Origin: Eledone cirrhosa
Lineage: Eukaryota
DNA: 64,000 bases
NCBI GenBank assembly: GCA_964016885.1
Contig: OZ024755.1
Location: 40,362,001 to 40,426,000, forward strand
Direction of reading: 5' to 3'
The position numbers and the translations under genes are program-made. A model generated the notes under the pieces. The model worked only from the letters and a program-made list of their open reading frames with translations. It searched no databases and was not told the origin of the DNA. Of this stretch, positions 1-15,000 are shown piece by piece (position 1 is the first letter of the stretch; each line of letters starts with the position of its first letter).

Positions 1-3000
1 AGTATGGCCACAGTCTAATGACTGACACCAGTAACATAACAGTACTCCAGCATGGCCACTGTCTAATAACTGGCACCAGTAACATAACAGTGCCCCAGCA
101 TGGCCACAGTCTAATGACTGACACCAGTAAAATAACAGTGCCCCAGTATGGCCACAATCTAATGACTGACACCAGTAACATAACAGTGCCCCAGTTTGGC
201 CACAGTCTAATGACTGCCACCAGTAACATAATAATGTCCCAGCATGGCTACAGTCTAATGACTGACACCAGTAACATAACAGTGCCCCATTATGGCCACA
301 GTCTCATGACTGACACCAGTAACATAACAGTACCCCAGCATGGCCACAGTCTAATGACTGACACCAGTAACATAACAGTACCCCAGCATGGCCACAGTCT
401 AATGACTGACACCAGTAATATAACAGTGGCCCAATATGGCCACAGTCTAATGACTGACACCAGTAACATAACAGTACCCCAGTATGGCCACAGTCTAATG
501 ATTGACACCAGTAACATAAAATATCTAATCATGGCCACAGTCTAATGACTCACACCAGTGACAGAACAGTGCCCCAGCATGACCACTGTCTAATAACTGA
601 CACCAGTAACATAACAGTGCCCCCGCATGGCCACAATCTAATGACTGACACCAGTAAAATAACAGTGCCCCAGTATGGCCACAATCTAATGACCGACACC
701 AGTAACATAACAGTACCCCAGTATGGCCACCGTCTAATGACTGACATAAGTAACATAACAGCACCCCAGTATGGCCACAGTCTAATGACTGACACCAGTA
801 ATTTAACAGTGCCCCAGTATGGCCACAGTCTAATGACTAACACCAGTAATATAACATTGCCCCAGTATGGCCACAGTCTAATGAATGACACCAGTAACAT
901 ATCAGTACCCCAGTATGGCCACAGTCTAATGACTGACACCAGTAACATAACAGTGCCCCAGCATGGCCACAGTCTAATGACTGACACCAGTAATATAACA
1001 GTCGCCCAATATGGCCACAGTCTAATGACTGACACCTGTAATATAACAGTGGCCCAATATGGCCACAGTCTAATGACTGACACCAGTAACATAACAGTAC
1101 CCCAGTATGGCCACAGTCTAATGACTGACGCCAGTAATGTAACAGTGCCCCAGTATGGCCACATTCTAATGACTGACACCAGTAATGTAACAGTGCCCCA
1201 GTATGGCCACATTCTAATGACTGACACCAGTAACATAACAGTACCCCAGTTTGGACACAGTCTAATGACTGACACCAGTAACATAACACTGCCCCATATG
1301 GCCACAGTCTAATGACTTACACCAGTAACAGAACAATGCCACAGTATGGCCACAGTCTAATGACTGACACCAGTGACATAACAGTGCCCCAGTATGGCCA
1401 CAGTCTAATGACTGACACCAGTAACATAACAGTACTCCAGCATGGCCACTGTCTAATAACTGGCACCAGTAACATAACAGTGCCCCAGCATGGCCACAGT
1501 CTAATGACTGACACCAGTAAAATAACAGTGCCCCAGTATGGCCACAATCTAATGACTGACACCAGTAACATAACAGTGCCCCAGTTTGGCCACAGTCTAA
1601 TGACTGCCACCAGTAACATAATAATGTCCCAGCATGGCTACAGTCTAATGACTGACACCAGTAACATAACAGTGCCCCATTATGGCCACAGTCTAATGAC
1701 TGACACCAGTAACATAACAGTACTCCAGCATGGCCACTGCCTAATGACTGACACCAGTAACATAATAGTGCCCCAGCATGGCCACAGTCTAATGACTGAC
1801 ACCAGTAACATAACAGTGCCCCAGTATGGCCACAATCTAATGACTGACACCAGTAACATTACAGTGCCCCAGTATGGCCACAGTCTAATGACTGCCACCA
1901 GTAACATAACAGTGCCCCAGCATGGCCACAGTCTAATGACTGACACCAGTAACATAAGAGTACCCCAGCATGACTACAGTCTAATGACTGACACCAGTAA
2001 CATAACAGTGCCCCAGCATGGCCACAGTCTAATGACTGACACCAGTAACATAACAGTGCCCCAGCATGTCTACAGTCTAATGACTGCCACCAGTAACATA
2101 ACAGTGCCCCAGTATGGCCACAGTCTAATGACTGCCACCAGTAACATAACAGTGCCCCAGCATGGCCACAGTCTAATGACTGACACCAGTAACATAACTG
2201 TGCCCCAGTATGGCAACAGTCTAATGACTGACACCAGTAACATAACAGTACCCCAATGTGGCGAGAGTCTAATGACTGACACCAGTAACATAACAGTGCC
2301 TCAGTATGGCCACAGTCTAATGACTGACACGAGTAACATAACAGTACCCCAGTATGGCCACAGTCTAATGACTGACACCAGTAACATAACAGCACCCCAG
2401 TATGGCCACAGTCTAATGACTGACACCAGTAATATAACATTGCCCCAGTATGGCCACAGTCTAATGACTGACACCAGTAATATAACAGTGCCCCAGTATG
2501 GCCACTGTCTAATGACTGACACCAGTAACATAACAGTGCCCCAGTATGGCCACAGTCTAATGACTGACACCAGTAACATAACAATACCCCAGCATGGCCA
2601 CAGTCTAATGAATTACACCAGTAACATAACAGTACCCCTGTATGGCCACAGTCTAATGACTGACACCAGTAACATAACAGTACCCCAGCATGGCCACAGT
2701 CTAATGACTGACACCAGTAACATAACAGTACCCCAGCATGGCCACAGTCTAATGACTGACACCAGTAATATAACAGTGGCCCAATATGGCCACAGTCTAA
2801 TGACTGACACCAGTAACATAACAGTGCCCCAGAATGGCCACCGTCTAATGACTGACATAAGTAACATAACAGCACGCCAGTATGGCCACACTCTAATGAC
2901 TGACACCAGTAATATAACAGTGCCCCAGTATGGCCACAGTCTAATGACTGACACCAGTAATATAACAGTGCCCCAGTATGGCCACAGTCTAATGAATGAC

Positions 3001-6000
3001 ACCAGTAACATGTCAGTACCCCAGTATGGCCACAGTCTAATGACTGACACCAGTAACATAATAGTGCCCCAGCATGGCCACAGTCTAATGACTGACACCA
3101 GTAATATAACAGTCGCCTAAAATGGCCACAGTCTAATGACTGACACCAGTAATATAACAGTGGCCCAATATGGCCACAGCCAAATGAATGACACCAGTAA
3201 TATAACAGTGCCCCTGTATGGCCACAGTCTAATGACTAACACCAGTAACATAACAGTACCCCAGCATGGCCACAGTCTAATGACTGACACCAGTAACATA
3301 ACAGTGCCCCAGTATGGCCACAGTCTAATGACTGACACCAGTAATGTAACAGTGCCCCAGTATGGCCACAGTCTAATGACTGACACCAGTAACGTAACAG
3401 TGCCCCAGTATGGCCACAGTCTAATGACTGACACCAGTAACATAACAGTACCCCAGTATGGCCACAGTCTAATGACTGACGCCAGTAATGTAACAGTGCC
3501 CCAGTATGACCACATTCTAATGACTGACACCAGTAATGTAACATTGCCCCAGTATGGCCACATTCTAATGACTGACACCAGTAACAGAACAGTGCCCCAG
3601 CATGGCCACAGTTTAATGACTGACACCAGTAACATAACAGTGCCACAGCATGGCCACAGTCTAATGACTGACACCAGTAACATAACAGTGCCACAGTATG
3701 GCCACAGTCTAATGACTGACACCAGTAACATAACAGTACCCCGGCATGGCCACAGTCTAATGACTGACACCAGTAACATAACAGTGCCCCAGTATGGCCA
3801 CAGTCTAATGACTGACACCAGTAACATAACAGTACCCCAGTATGGCCACAGTCTAATGACTGACACCAGTAACATAACAGTACCCCAGTATGGCCACTGT
3901 CTAATGACTGACACCAGTAACATAACAGTGCCCCAGTATGGCCACAGTCTAATGACTGACACCAGTAACATAACAGTGTCCCATTATGGCCACAGTCTAA
4001 TGACTGACACCAGTAACATAACACTGCCCCAGCATGGCCACAGTCTGATGAATGACACCAGTAACATAACAGTGCCCCAGTATGGCCACAGTCTAATGAC
4101 TTACACCAGTAACAGAACAATGCCACAGTATGGCCACAATATGGCCACAGTCTAATGACTGACACCAGTAACATAACAGTGCCCCAGTATGGCCACAGTC
4201 TAATGACTGACACCAGTAACAAAACAGTACTCCAGCATGTCCACTGTCTAATAACTGGCACCAGTAACATAACAGTGCCCCAGCATGGCCACAGTCTAAT
4301 GACTGACACCAGTAAAATAACAGTGCCCCAGTATGGCCACAGTCTAATGACTGACACCAGTAACATAACAGTGCCCCATTATGGCCACAGTCTAATGACT
4401 GACACCAGTAACATAACAGTACTCCAGCATGGCCACTGCCTAATAACTGACACCAGTAACATAACAGTGCCCCAGCATGGCCACAGTCTAATGACTGACA
4501 CCAGTAAAATAACAGTGCCCCAGTATGGCCACAGTCTAATGACTGCCACCAGTAACATAACAGTGCCCCAGCATGGCCACAGTCTAATGACTGACACCAG
4601 TAAAATAACAGTACCCCAGTATGGCCACAATCTAATGATTGACGCCAGTAACATAACAGTGCCCCAGCATGGCCACAGTCTAATGACTGACACCAGTAAC
4701 ATAACTGTGCCCCAGTATGGCCACAATCTAATGATTGACGCCAGTAACATAACAGTGCCCCAGCATGGCCACAGTCTAATGACTGACACCAGTAAAATAA
4801 CAGTGACCCAGTATGGCCACAATCTAATGATTGACGCCAGTAACATAACAGTGCCCCAGCATGGCCACAGTCTAATGACTGACACCAGTAAAATAACAGT
4901 ACCCCAGTATGGCCACAATCTAATGATTGACGCCAGTAACATAACAGTGCCCCAGCATGGCCACAGTCTAATGACTGACACCAGTAAAATAACAGTACCC
5001 CAGTATGGCCACAATCTAATGATTGACGCCAGTAACATAACAGTGCCCCAGCATGGCCACAGTCTAATGACTGACACCAGTAAAATAACAGTGCCCCAGT
5101 ATGGCCACAGTCTAATGACTGCCACCAGTAACATAACAGTGCCCCAGCATGGCCACAGTCTAATGACTGACACCAGTAACATAACAGTGCCCCAGCATGG
5201 CCACAGTCTAATGACTGACACCAGTAACATAACTGTGCCCCAGTATGGCAACAGTCTAATGACTGACACCAGTAACATAACAGTACCCCAATGTGGCGAG
5301 AGTCTAATGACTGACACCAGTAACATAACAGTGCCTCAGTATGGCCACAGTCTAATGACTGACACCAGTAACATAACAGTACCCCAGTATGGCCACAGTC
5401 TAATGACTGACACCAGTAACATAACAGCACCCCAGTATGGCCACAGTCTAATGACTGACACCAGTAATATAACATTGCCCCAGTATGGCCACAGTCTAAT
5501 GACTGACACCAGTAATATAACAGTCGCCCAATATGGCCACAGTCTAATGACTGACACCTGTAATATAACAGTGGCCCAATATGGCCACAGTCTAATGACT
5601 GACACCAGTAACATAACAGTACCCCAGTATGGCCACAGTCTAATGACTGACGCCAGTAATGTAACAGTGCCCCAGTATGGCCACATTCTAATGACTGACA
5701 CCAGTAATGTAACAGTGCCCCAGTATGGCCACATTCTAATGACTGACACCAGTAACATAACAGTACCCCAGTTTGGACACAGTCTAATGACTGACACCAG
5801 TAACAGAACAGTGTCCCAGCATGGCCACAGTCTAATGACTGACACCAGTAACATAACAGTGTCCCATTATGGCCACAGTCTAATGACTGACACCAGTAAC
5901 ATAACACTGCCCCAGCATGGCCACAGTCTAATGAATGACACCAGTAACATAACAGTGCCCCAGTATGGCCACAGTCTAATGACTTACACCAGTAACAGAA

Positions 6001-9000
6001 CAATGCCACAGTATGGCCACAGTCTAATGACTGACACCAGTAACATAACAGTGCCCCAGTATGGCCACAGTCTAATGACTGACACCAGTAACATAACAGT
6101 ACTCCAGCATGGCCACTGTCTAATAACTGGCACCAGTAACATAACAGTGCCCCAGCATGGCCACAGTCTAATGACTGACACCAGTAAAATAACAGTGCCC
6201 CAGTATGGCCACAATCTAATGACTGACACCAGTAACATAACAGTGCCCCAGTTTGGCCACAGTCTAATGACTGCCACCAGTAACATAATAATGTCCCAGC
6301 ATGGCTACAGTCTAATGACTGACACCAGTAACATAACAGTGCCCCATTATGGCCACAGTCTAATGACTGACACCAGTAACATAACAGTACTCCAGCATGG
6401 CCACTGCCTAATAACTGACACCAGTAACATAACAGTGCCCCAGCATGGCCACAGTCTAATGACTGACACCAGTAAAATAACAGTGCCCCAGTATGGCCAC
6501 AATCTAATGACTGACACCAGTAACATTACAGTGCCCCAGTATGGCCACAGTCTAATGACTGCCACCAGTAACATAACAGTGCCCCAGCATGGCCACAGTC
6601 TAATGACTGACACCAGTAAAATAACAGTGCCCCAGTATGGCCACAGTCTAATGACTGACACCAGTAACATAAGAGTACCCCAGCATGACTACAGTCTAAT
6701 GACTGACACCAGTAACATAACAGTGCCCCAGCATGGCCACAGTCTAATGACTGACACCAGTAACATAACAGTGCCCCAGCATGTCTACAGTCTAATGACT
6801 GCCACCAGTAACATAACAGTGCCCCAGTATGGCCACAGTCTAATGACTGCCACCAGTAACATAACAGTGCCCCAGCATGGCCACAGTCTAATGACTGACA
6901 CCAGTAACATAACTGTGCCCCAGTATGGCAACAGTCTAATGACTGACACCAGTAACATAACAGCACCCCAGTATGGCCACAGTCTAATGACTGACACCAG
7001 TAATGTAACAGTGCCCCAGTATTGCCACAGTCTAATGACTGACACCAGTAATGTAACAGTGCCCCAGTATGGCCACAGTCTAATGACTGACACCAGTAAC
7101 ATAACAGTACCCCAGTATGGCCACAGTCTAATGACTGACACCAGTAACATTGAAATACCCCAGCATGGCCACAGTCTAATGACTCACACCAGTAACAGAA
7201 CAGTGCCCCAGCATGGCCACTGTCTAATAACTGACACCAGTAACATAACAGTGCCCCAGCATGGCCACAATCTAATGACTGACACCAGTAAAATAACAGT
7301 GCCCCAGTATGGCCACAATCTAATGACTGACACCAGTAACATAACAGTACCCCAGTATGGCCACAGTCTAATGACTGACACCAGTAATATAACAGTGGCC
7401 CAGTATGGCCACAGTCTAATGACTGACACCAGTAATATAACAGTGCCCCAGTATGGCCACAGTCTAATGAATGACACCAGTAATATAACAGTGCCCCAGT
7501 ATGGCCACAGTCTAATGACTGACACCAGTAATATAACAGTGCCCCAGTATGGCCACAGTCTAATGAATGACACCAGTAACATGTCAGTACCCCAGTATGG
7601 CCACAGTCTAATGACTGACACCAGTAACATAATAGTGCCCCAGCATGGCCACAGTCTAATGACTGACACCAGTAATATAACAGTCGCCTAAAATGGCCAC
7701 AGTCTAATGACTGACACCAGTAATATAACAATGGCCCAATATGGCCACAGCCTAATGACTGACACCAGTAATATAACAGTGCCCCTGTATGGCCACAGTC
7801 TAATGACTAACACCAGTAACATAACAGTACCCCAGCATGGCCACAGTCTAATGACTGACACCAGTAATATAACAGTGGCCCAATATGGCCACAGTCTAAT
7901 GACTGACACCAGTAACATAACAGTGCCCCAGTATGGCCACAGTCTAATGACTGACACCAGTAATGTAACAGTGCCCCAGTATGGCGACAGTCTAATGACT
8001 GACACCAGTAACGTAACAGTGCCCCAGTATGGCCACAGTCTAATGACTGACACCAGTAACATAACATTACCCCAGTATGGCCACAGTCTAATGACTGACG
8101 CCAGTAATGTAACAGTGCCCCAGTATGACCACATTCTAATGACTGACACCAGTAATGTAACATTGCCCCAGTATGGCCACAGTCTAATGAATGACACCAG
8201 TAACATATCAGTACCCCAGTATGGCCACAGTCTAATGACTGACACCAGTAACATAACAGTGCCCCAGCATGGCCACAGTCTAATGACTGACACCAGTAAT
8301 ATAACAGTCGCCCAATATGGCCACAGTCTAATGACTGACACCTGTAATATAACAGTGGCCCAATATGGCCACAGTCTAATGACTGACGCCAGTAATGTAA
8401 CAGTGCCCCAGTATGGCCACATTCTAATGACTGACACCAGTAATGTAACAGTGCCCCAGTATGGCCACATTCTAATGACTGACACCAGTAACATAACAGT
8501 ACCCCAGTTTGGACACAGTCTAATGACTGACACCAGTAACAGAACAGTGTCCCAGCATGGCCACAGTCTAATGACTGACACCAGTAACATAACAGTGTCC
8601 CATTATGGCCACAGTCTAATGACTGACACCAGTAACATAACACTGCCCCAGCATGGCCACAGTCTAATGAATGACACCAGTAACATAACAGTGCCCCAGT
8701 ATGGCCACAGTCTAATGACTTACACCAGTAACAGAACAATGCCACAGTATGGCCACAGTCTAATGACTGACACCAGTAACATAACAGTGCCCCAGTATGG
8801 CCACAGTCTAATGACTGACACCAGTAACATAACAGTACTCCAGCATGGCCACTGTCTAATAACTGGCACCAGTAACATAACAGTGCCCCAGCATGGCCAC
8901 AGTCTAATGACTGACACCAGTAAAATAACAGTGCCCCAGTATGGCCACAATCTAATGACTGACACCAGTAACATAACAGTGCCCCAGTTTGGCCACAGTC

Positions 9001-12000
9001 TAATGACTGCCACCAGTAACATAATAATGTCCCAGCATGGCTACAGTCTAATGACTGACACCAGTAACATAACAGTGCCCCATTATGGCCACAGTCTAAT
9101 GACTGACACCAGTAACATAACAGTACTCCAGCATGGCCACTGCCTAATGACTGACACCAGTAACATAATAGTGCCCCAGCATGGCCACAGTCTAATGACT
9201 GACACCAGTAACATAACAGTGCCCCAGTATGGCCACAATCTAATGACTGACACCAGTAACATTACAGTGCCCCAGTATGGCCACAGTCTAATGACTGCCA
9301 CCAGTAACATAACAGTGCCCCAGCATGGCCACAGTCTAATGACTGACACCAGTAACATAAGAGTACCCCAGCATGACTACAGTCTAATGACTGACACCAG
9401 TAACATAACAGTGCCCCAGCATGGCCACAGTCTAATGACTGACACCAGTAACATAACAGTGCCCCAGCATGTCTACAGTCTAATGACTGCCACCAGTAAC
9501 ATAACAGTGCCCCAGTAGGGCCACAGTCTAATGACTGCCACCAGTAACATAACAGTGCCCCAGCATGGCCACAGTCTAATGACTGACACCAGTAACATAA
9601 CTGTGCCCCAGTATGGCAACAGTCTAATGACTGACACCAGTAACATAACAGTACCCCAATGTGGCGAGAGTCTAATGACTGACACCAGTAACATAACAGT
9701 GCCTCAGTATGGCCACAGTCTAATGACTGACACGAGTAACATAACAGTACCCCAGTATGGCCACAGTCTAATGACTGACACCAGTAACATAACAGCACCC
9801 CAGTATGGCCACAGTCTAATGACTGACACCAGTAATATAACATTGCCCCAGTATGGCCACAGTCTAATGACTGACACCAGTAACATAACAGTGCCCCAGT
9901 ATGGCCACAGTCTAATGACTGACACCAGTAACATAACAATACCCCAGCATGGCCACAGTCTAATGAATGACACCAGTAACATAACAGTACCCCTGTATGG
10001 CCACAGTCTAATGACTGACACCAGTAACATAACAGTACCCCAGCATGGCCACAGTCTAATGACTGACACCAGTAACATAACAGTACCCCAGCATGGCCAC
10101 AGTCTAATGACTGACACCAGTAATATAACAGTGGCCCAATATGGCCACAGTCTAATGACTGACACCAGTAACATAACAGTGCCCCAGAATGGCCACAGTC
10201 TAATGACTGACACCAGTAACATAACAGTGCCCCAGTATGGCCACCGTCTAATGACTGACATAAGTAACATAACAGCACGCCAGTATGGCCACACTCTAAT
10301 GACTGACACCAGTAATATAACAGTGCCCCAGTATGGCCACAGTCTAATGACTGACACCAGTAATATAACAGTGCCCCAGTATGGCCACAGTCTAATGAAT
10401 GACACCAGTAACATGTCAGTACCCAAGTATGGCCACAGTCTAATGACTGACACCAGTAACATAATAGTGCCCCAGCATGGCCACAGTCTAATGACTGACA
10501 CCAGTAATATAACAGTCGCCTAAAATGGCCACAGTCTAATGACTGACACCAGTAATATAACAGTGGCCCAATATGGCCACAGCCTAATGACTGACACCAG
10601 TAATATAACAGTGCCCCTGTATGGCCACAGTCTAATGACTAACACCAGTAACATAACAGTACCCCAGCATGGCCACAGTCTAATGACTGACACCAGTAAC
10701 ATAACAGTGCCCCAGTATGGCCACAGTCTAATGACTGACACCAGTAATGTAACAGTGCCCCAGTATGGCCACAGTCTAATGACTGACACCAGTAACGTAA
10801 CAGTGCCCCAGTATGGCCACAGTCTAATGACTGACACCAGTAACATAACAGTACCCCAGTATGGCCACAGTCTAATGACTGACGCCAGTAATGTAACAGT
10901 GCCCCAGTATGACCACATTCTAATGACTGACACCAGTAATGTAACATTGCCCCAGTATGGCTACATTCTAATGACTGACACCAGTAACAGAACAGTGCCC
11001 CAGCATGGCCACAGTTTAATGACTGACACCAGTAACATAACAGTGCCACAGCATGGCCACAGTCTAATGACTGACACCAGTAACATAACAGTGCCACAGT
11101 ATGGCCACAGTCTAATGACTGACACCAGTAACATAACAGTACCCCGGCATGGCCACAGTCTAATGACTGACACCAGTAACATAACAGTGCCCCAGTATGG
11201 CCACAGTCTAATGACTGACACCAGTAACATAACAGTACCCCAGTATGGCCACAGTCTAATGACTGACACCAGTAACATAACAGTACCCCAGTATGGCCAC
11301 TGTCTAATGACTGACACCAGTAACATAACAGTGCCCCAGTATGGCCACAGTCTAATGACTGACACCAGTAACATAACAGTGTCCCATTATGGCCACAGTC
11401 TAATGACTGACACCAGTAACATAACACTGCCCCAGCATGGCCACAGTCTAATGAATGACACCAGTAACATAACAGTGCCCCAGTATGGCCACAGTCTAAT
11501 GACTTACACCAGTAACAGAACGATGCCACAGTATGGCCACAGTATGGCCACAGTCTAATGACTGACACCAGTAACATAACAGTGCCCCAGTATGGCCACA
11601 GTCTAATGACTGACACCAGTAACAAAACAGTACTCCAGCATGTCCACTGTCTAATAACTGGCACCAGTAACATAACAGTGCCCCAGCATGGCCACAGTCT
11701 AATGACTGACACCAGTAAAATAACAGTGCCCCAGTATGGCCACAGTCTAATGACTGACACCAGTAACATAACAGTGCCCCATTATGGCCACAGTCTAATG
11801 ACTGACACCAGTAACATAACAATACTCCAGCATGGCCACTGCCTAATAACTGACACCAGTAACATAACAGTGCCCCAGCATGGCCACAGTCTAATGACTG
11901 ACACCAGTAAAATAACAGTGCCCCAGTATGGCCACAGTCTAATGACTGCCACCAGTAACATAACAGTGCCCCAGCATGGCCACAGTCTAATGACTGACAC

Positions 12001-15000
12001 CAGTAAAATAACAGTACCCCAGTATGGCCACAATCTAATGATTGACGCCAGTAACATAACAGTGCCCCAGCATGGCCACAGTCTAATGACTGACACCAGT
12101 AACATAACAGTGCCCCAGCATGGCCACAGTCTAATGACTGACACCAGTAACATAACTGTGCCCCAGTATGGCAACAGTCTAATGACTGACACCAGTAACA
12201 TAACAGTACCCCAATGTGGCGAGAGTCTAATGACTGACACCAGTAACATAACAGTGCCTCAGTATGGCCACAGTCTAATGACTGACACCAGTAACATAAC
12301 AGTACCCCAGTATGGCCACAGTCTAATGACTGACACCAGTAACATAACAGCACCCCAGTATGGCCACAGTCTAATGACTGACACCAGTAATATAACATTG
12401 CCCCAGTATGGCCACAGTCTAATGACTGACACCAGTAATATAACAGTCGCCCAATATGGCCACAGTCTAATGACTGACACCTGTAATATAACAGTGGCCC
12501 AATATGGCCACAGTCTAATGACTGACACCAGTAACATAACAGTACCCCAGTATGGCCACAGTCTAATGACTGACGCCAGTAATGTAACAGTGCCCCAGTA
12601 TGGCCACATTCTAATGACTGACACCAGTAATGTAACAGTGCCCCAGTATGGCCACATTCTAATGACTGACACCAGTAACATAACAGTACCCTTGTTTGGA
12701 CACAGTCTAATGACTGACACCAGTAACAGAACAGTGTCCCAGCATGGCCACAGTCTAATGACTGACACCAGTAACATAACAGTGTCCCATTATGGCCACA
12801 GTCTAATGACTGACACCAGTAACATAACACTGCCCCAGCATGGCCACAGTCTAATGAATGACACCAGTAACATAACAGTGCCCCAGTATGGCCACAGTCT
12901 AATGACTTACACCAGTAACAGAACAATGCCACAGTATGGCCACAGTCTAATGACTGACACCAGTAACATAACAGTGCCCCAGTATGGCCACAGTCTAATG
13001 ACTGACACCAGTAACATAACAGTACTCCAGCATGGCCACTGTCTAATAACTGGCACCAGTAACATAACAGTGCCCCAGCATGGCCACAGTCTAATGACTG
13101 ACACCAGTAAAATAACAGTGCCCCAGTATGGCCACAATCTAATGACTGACACCAGTAACATAACAGTGCCCCAGTTTGGCCACAGACTAATGACTGCCAC
13201 CAGTAACATAATAATGTCCCAGCATGGCTACAGTCTAATGACTGACACCAGTAACATAACAGTGCCCCATTATGGCCACAGTCTAATGACTGACACCAGT
13301 AACATAACAGTACTCCATCATGGCCACTGCCTAATAACTGACACCAGTAACATAACAGTGCCCCAGCATGGCCACACTCTAATGACTGACACCAGTAAAA
13401 TAACAGTGCCCCAGTATGGCCACAATCTAATGACTGACACCAGTAACATTACAGTGCCCCAGTATGGCCACAGTCTAATGACTGCCACCAGTAACATAAC
13501 AGTGCCCCAGCATGGCCACAGTCTAATGACTGACACCAGCAAAATAACAGTGCCCCAGTATGGCCACAGTCTAATGACTGACACCAGTAACATAAGAGTA
13601 CCCCAGCATGACTACAGTCTAATGACTGACACCAGTAACATAACAGTGCCCCAGCATGGCCACAGTCTAATGACTGACACCAGTAACATAACAGTGCCCC
13701 AGCATGTCTACAGTCTAATGACTGCCACCAGTAACATAACAGTGCCCCAGTATGGCCACAGTCTAATGACTGCCACCAGTAACATAACAGTGCCCCAGCA
13801 TGGCCACAGTCTAATGACTGACACCAGTAACATAACTGTGCCCCAGTATGGCAACAGTCTAATGACTGACACCAGTAACATAACAGTACCCCAATGTGGC
13901 GAGAGTCTAATGACTGACACCAGTAACATAACAGTGCCTCAGTATGGCCACAGTCTAATGACTGACACGAGTAACATAACAGTACCCCAGTATGGCCACA
14001 GTCTAATGACTGACACCAGTAACATAACAGCACCCCAGTATGGCCACAGTCTAATGACTGACACCAGTAATATAACATTGCCCCAGTATGGCCACAGTCT
14101 AATGACTGACACCAGTAATATAACAGTGCCCCAGTAAGGCCACTGTCTAATGACTGACACCAGTAACATAACAGTGCCCCAGTATGGCCACAGTCTAATG
14201 ACTGACACCAGTAACATAACAATACCCCAGCATGGCCACAGTCTAATGAATGACACCAGTAACATAACAGTACCCCTGTATGGCCACAGTCTAATGACTG
14301 ACACCAAGTAACATAACAGTACCCCAGCATGGCCACAGTCTAATGACTGACACCAGTAACATAACAGTACCCCAGCATGGCCACAGTCTAATGACTGACA
14401 CCAGTAATATAACAGTGGCCCAATATGGCCACAGTCTAATGACTGACACCAGTAACATAACAGTGCCCCAGAATGGCCACAGTCTAATGACTGACACCAG
14501 TAATGTAACAGTGCCCCAGTATTGCCACAGTCTAATGACTGACACCAGTAATGTAACAGTGCCCCAGTATGGCCACAGTCTAATGACTGACACCAGTAAC
14601 ATAACAGTACCCCAGTATGGCCACAGTCTAATGACTGACACCAGTAACATTGAAATACCCCAGCATGGCCACAGTCTAATGACTCACACTAGTAACAGAA
14701 CAGTGCCCCAGCATGGCCACTGTCTAATAACTGACACCAGTAACATAACAGTGCCCCAGCATGGCCACAATCTAATGACTGACACCAGTAAAATAACAGT
14801 GCCCCAGTATGGCCACAATCTAATGACTGACACCAGTAACATAACAGTACCCCAGTATGGCCACCGTCTAATGACTGACATAAGTAACATAACAGCACGC
14901 CAGTATGGCCACACTCTAATGACTGACACCAGTAATATAACAGTGCCCCAGTATGGCCACAGTCTAATGACTGACACCAGTAATATAACAGTGCCCCAGT

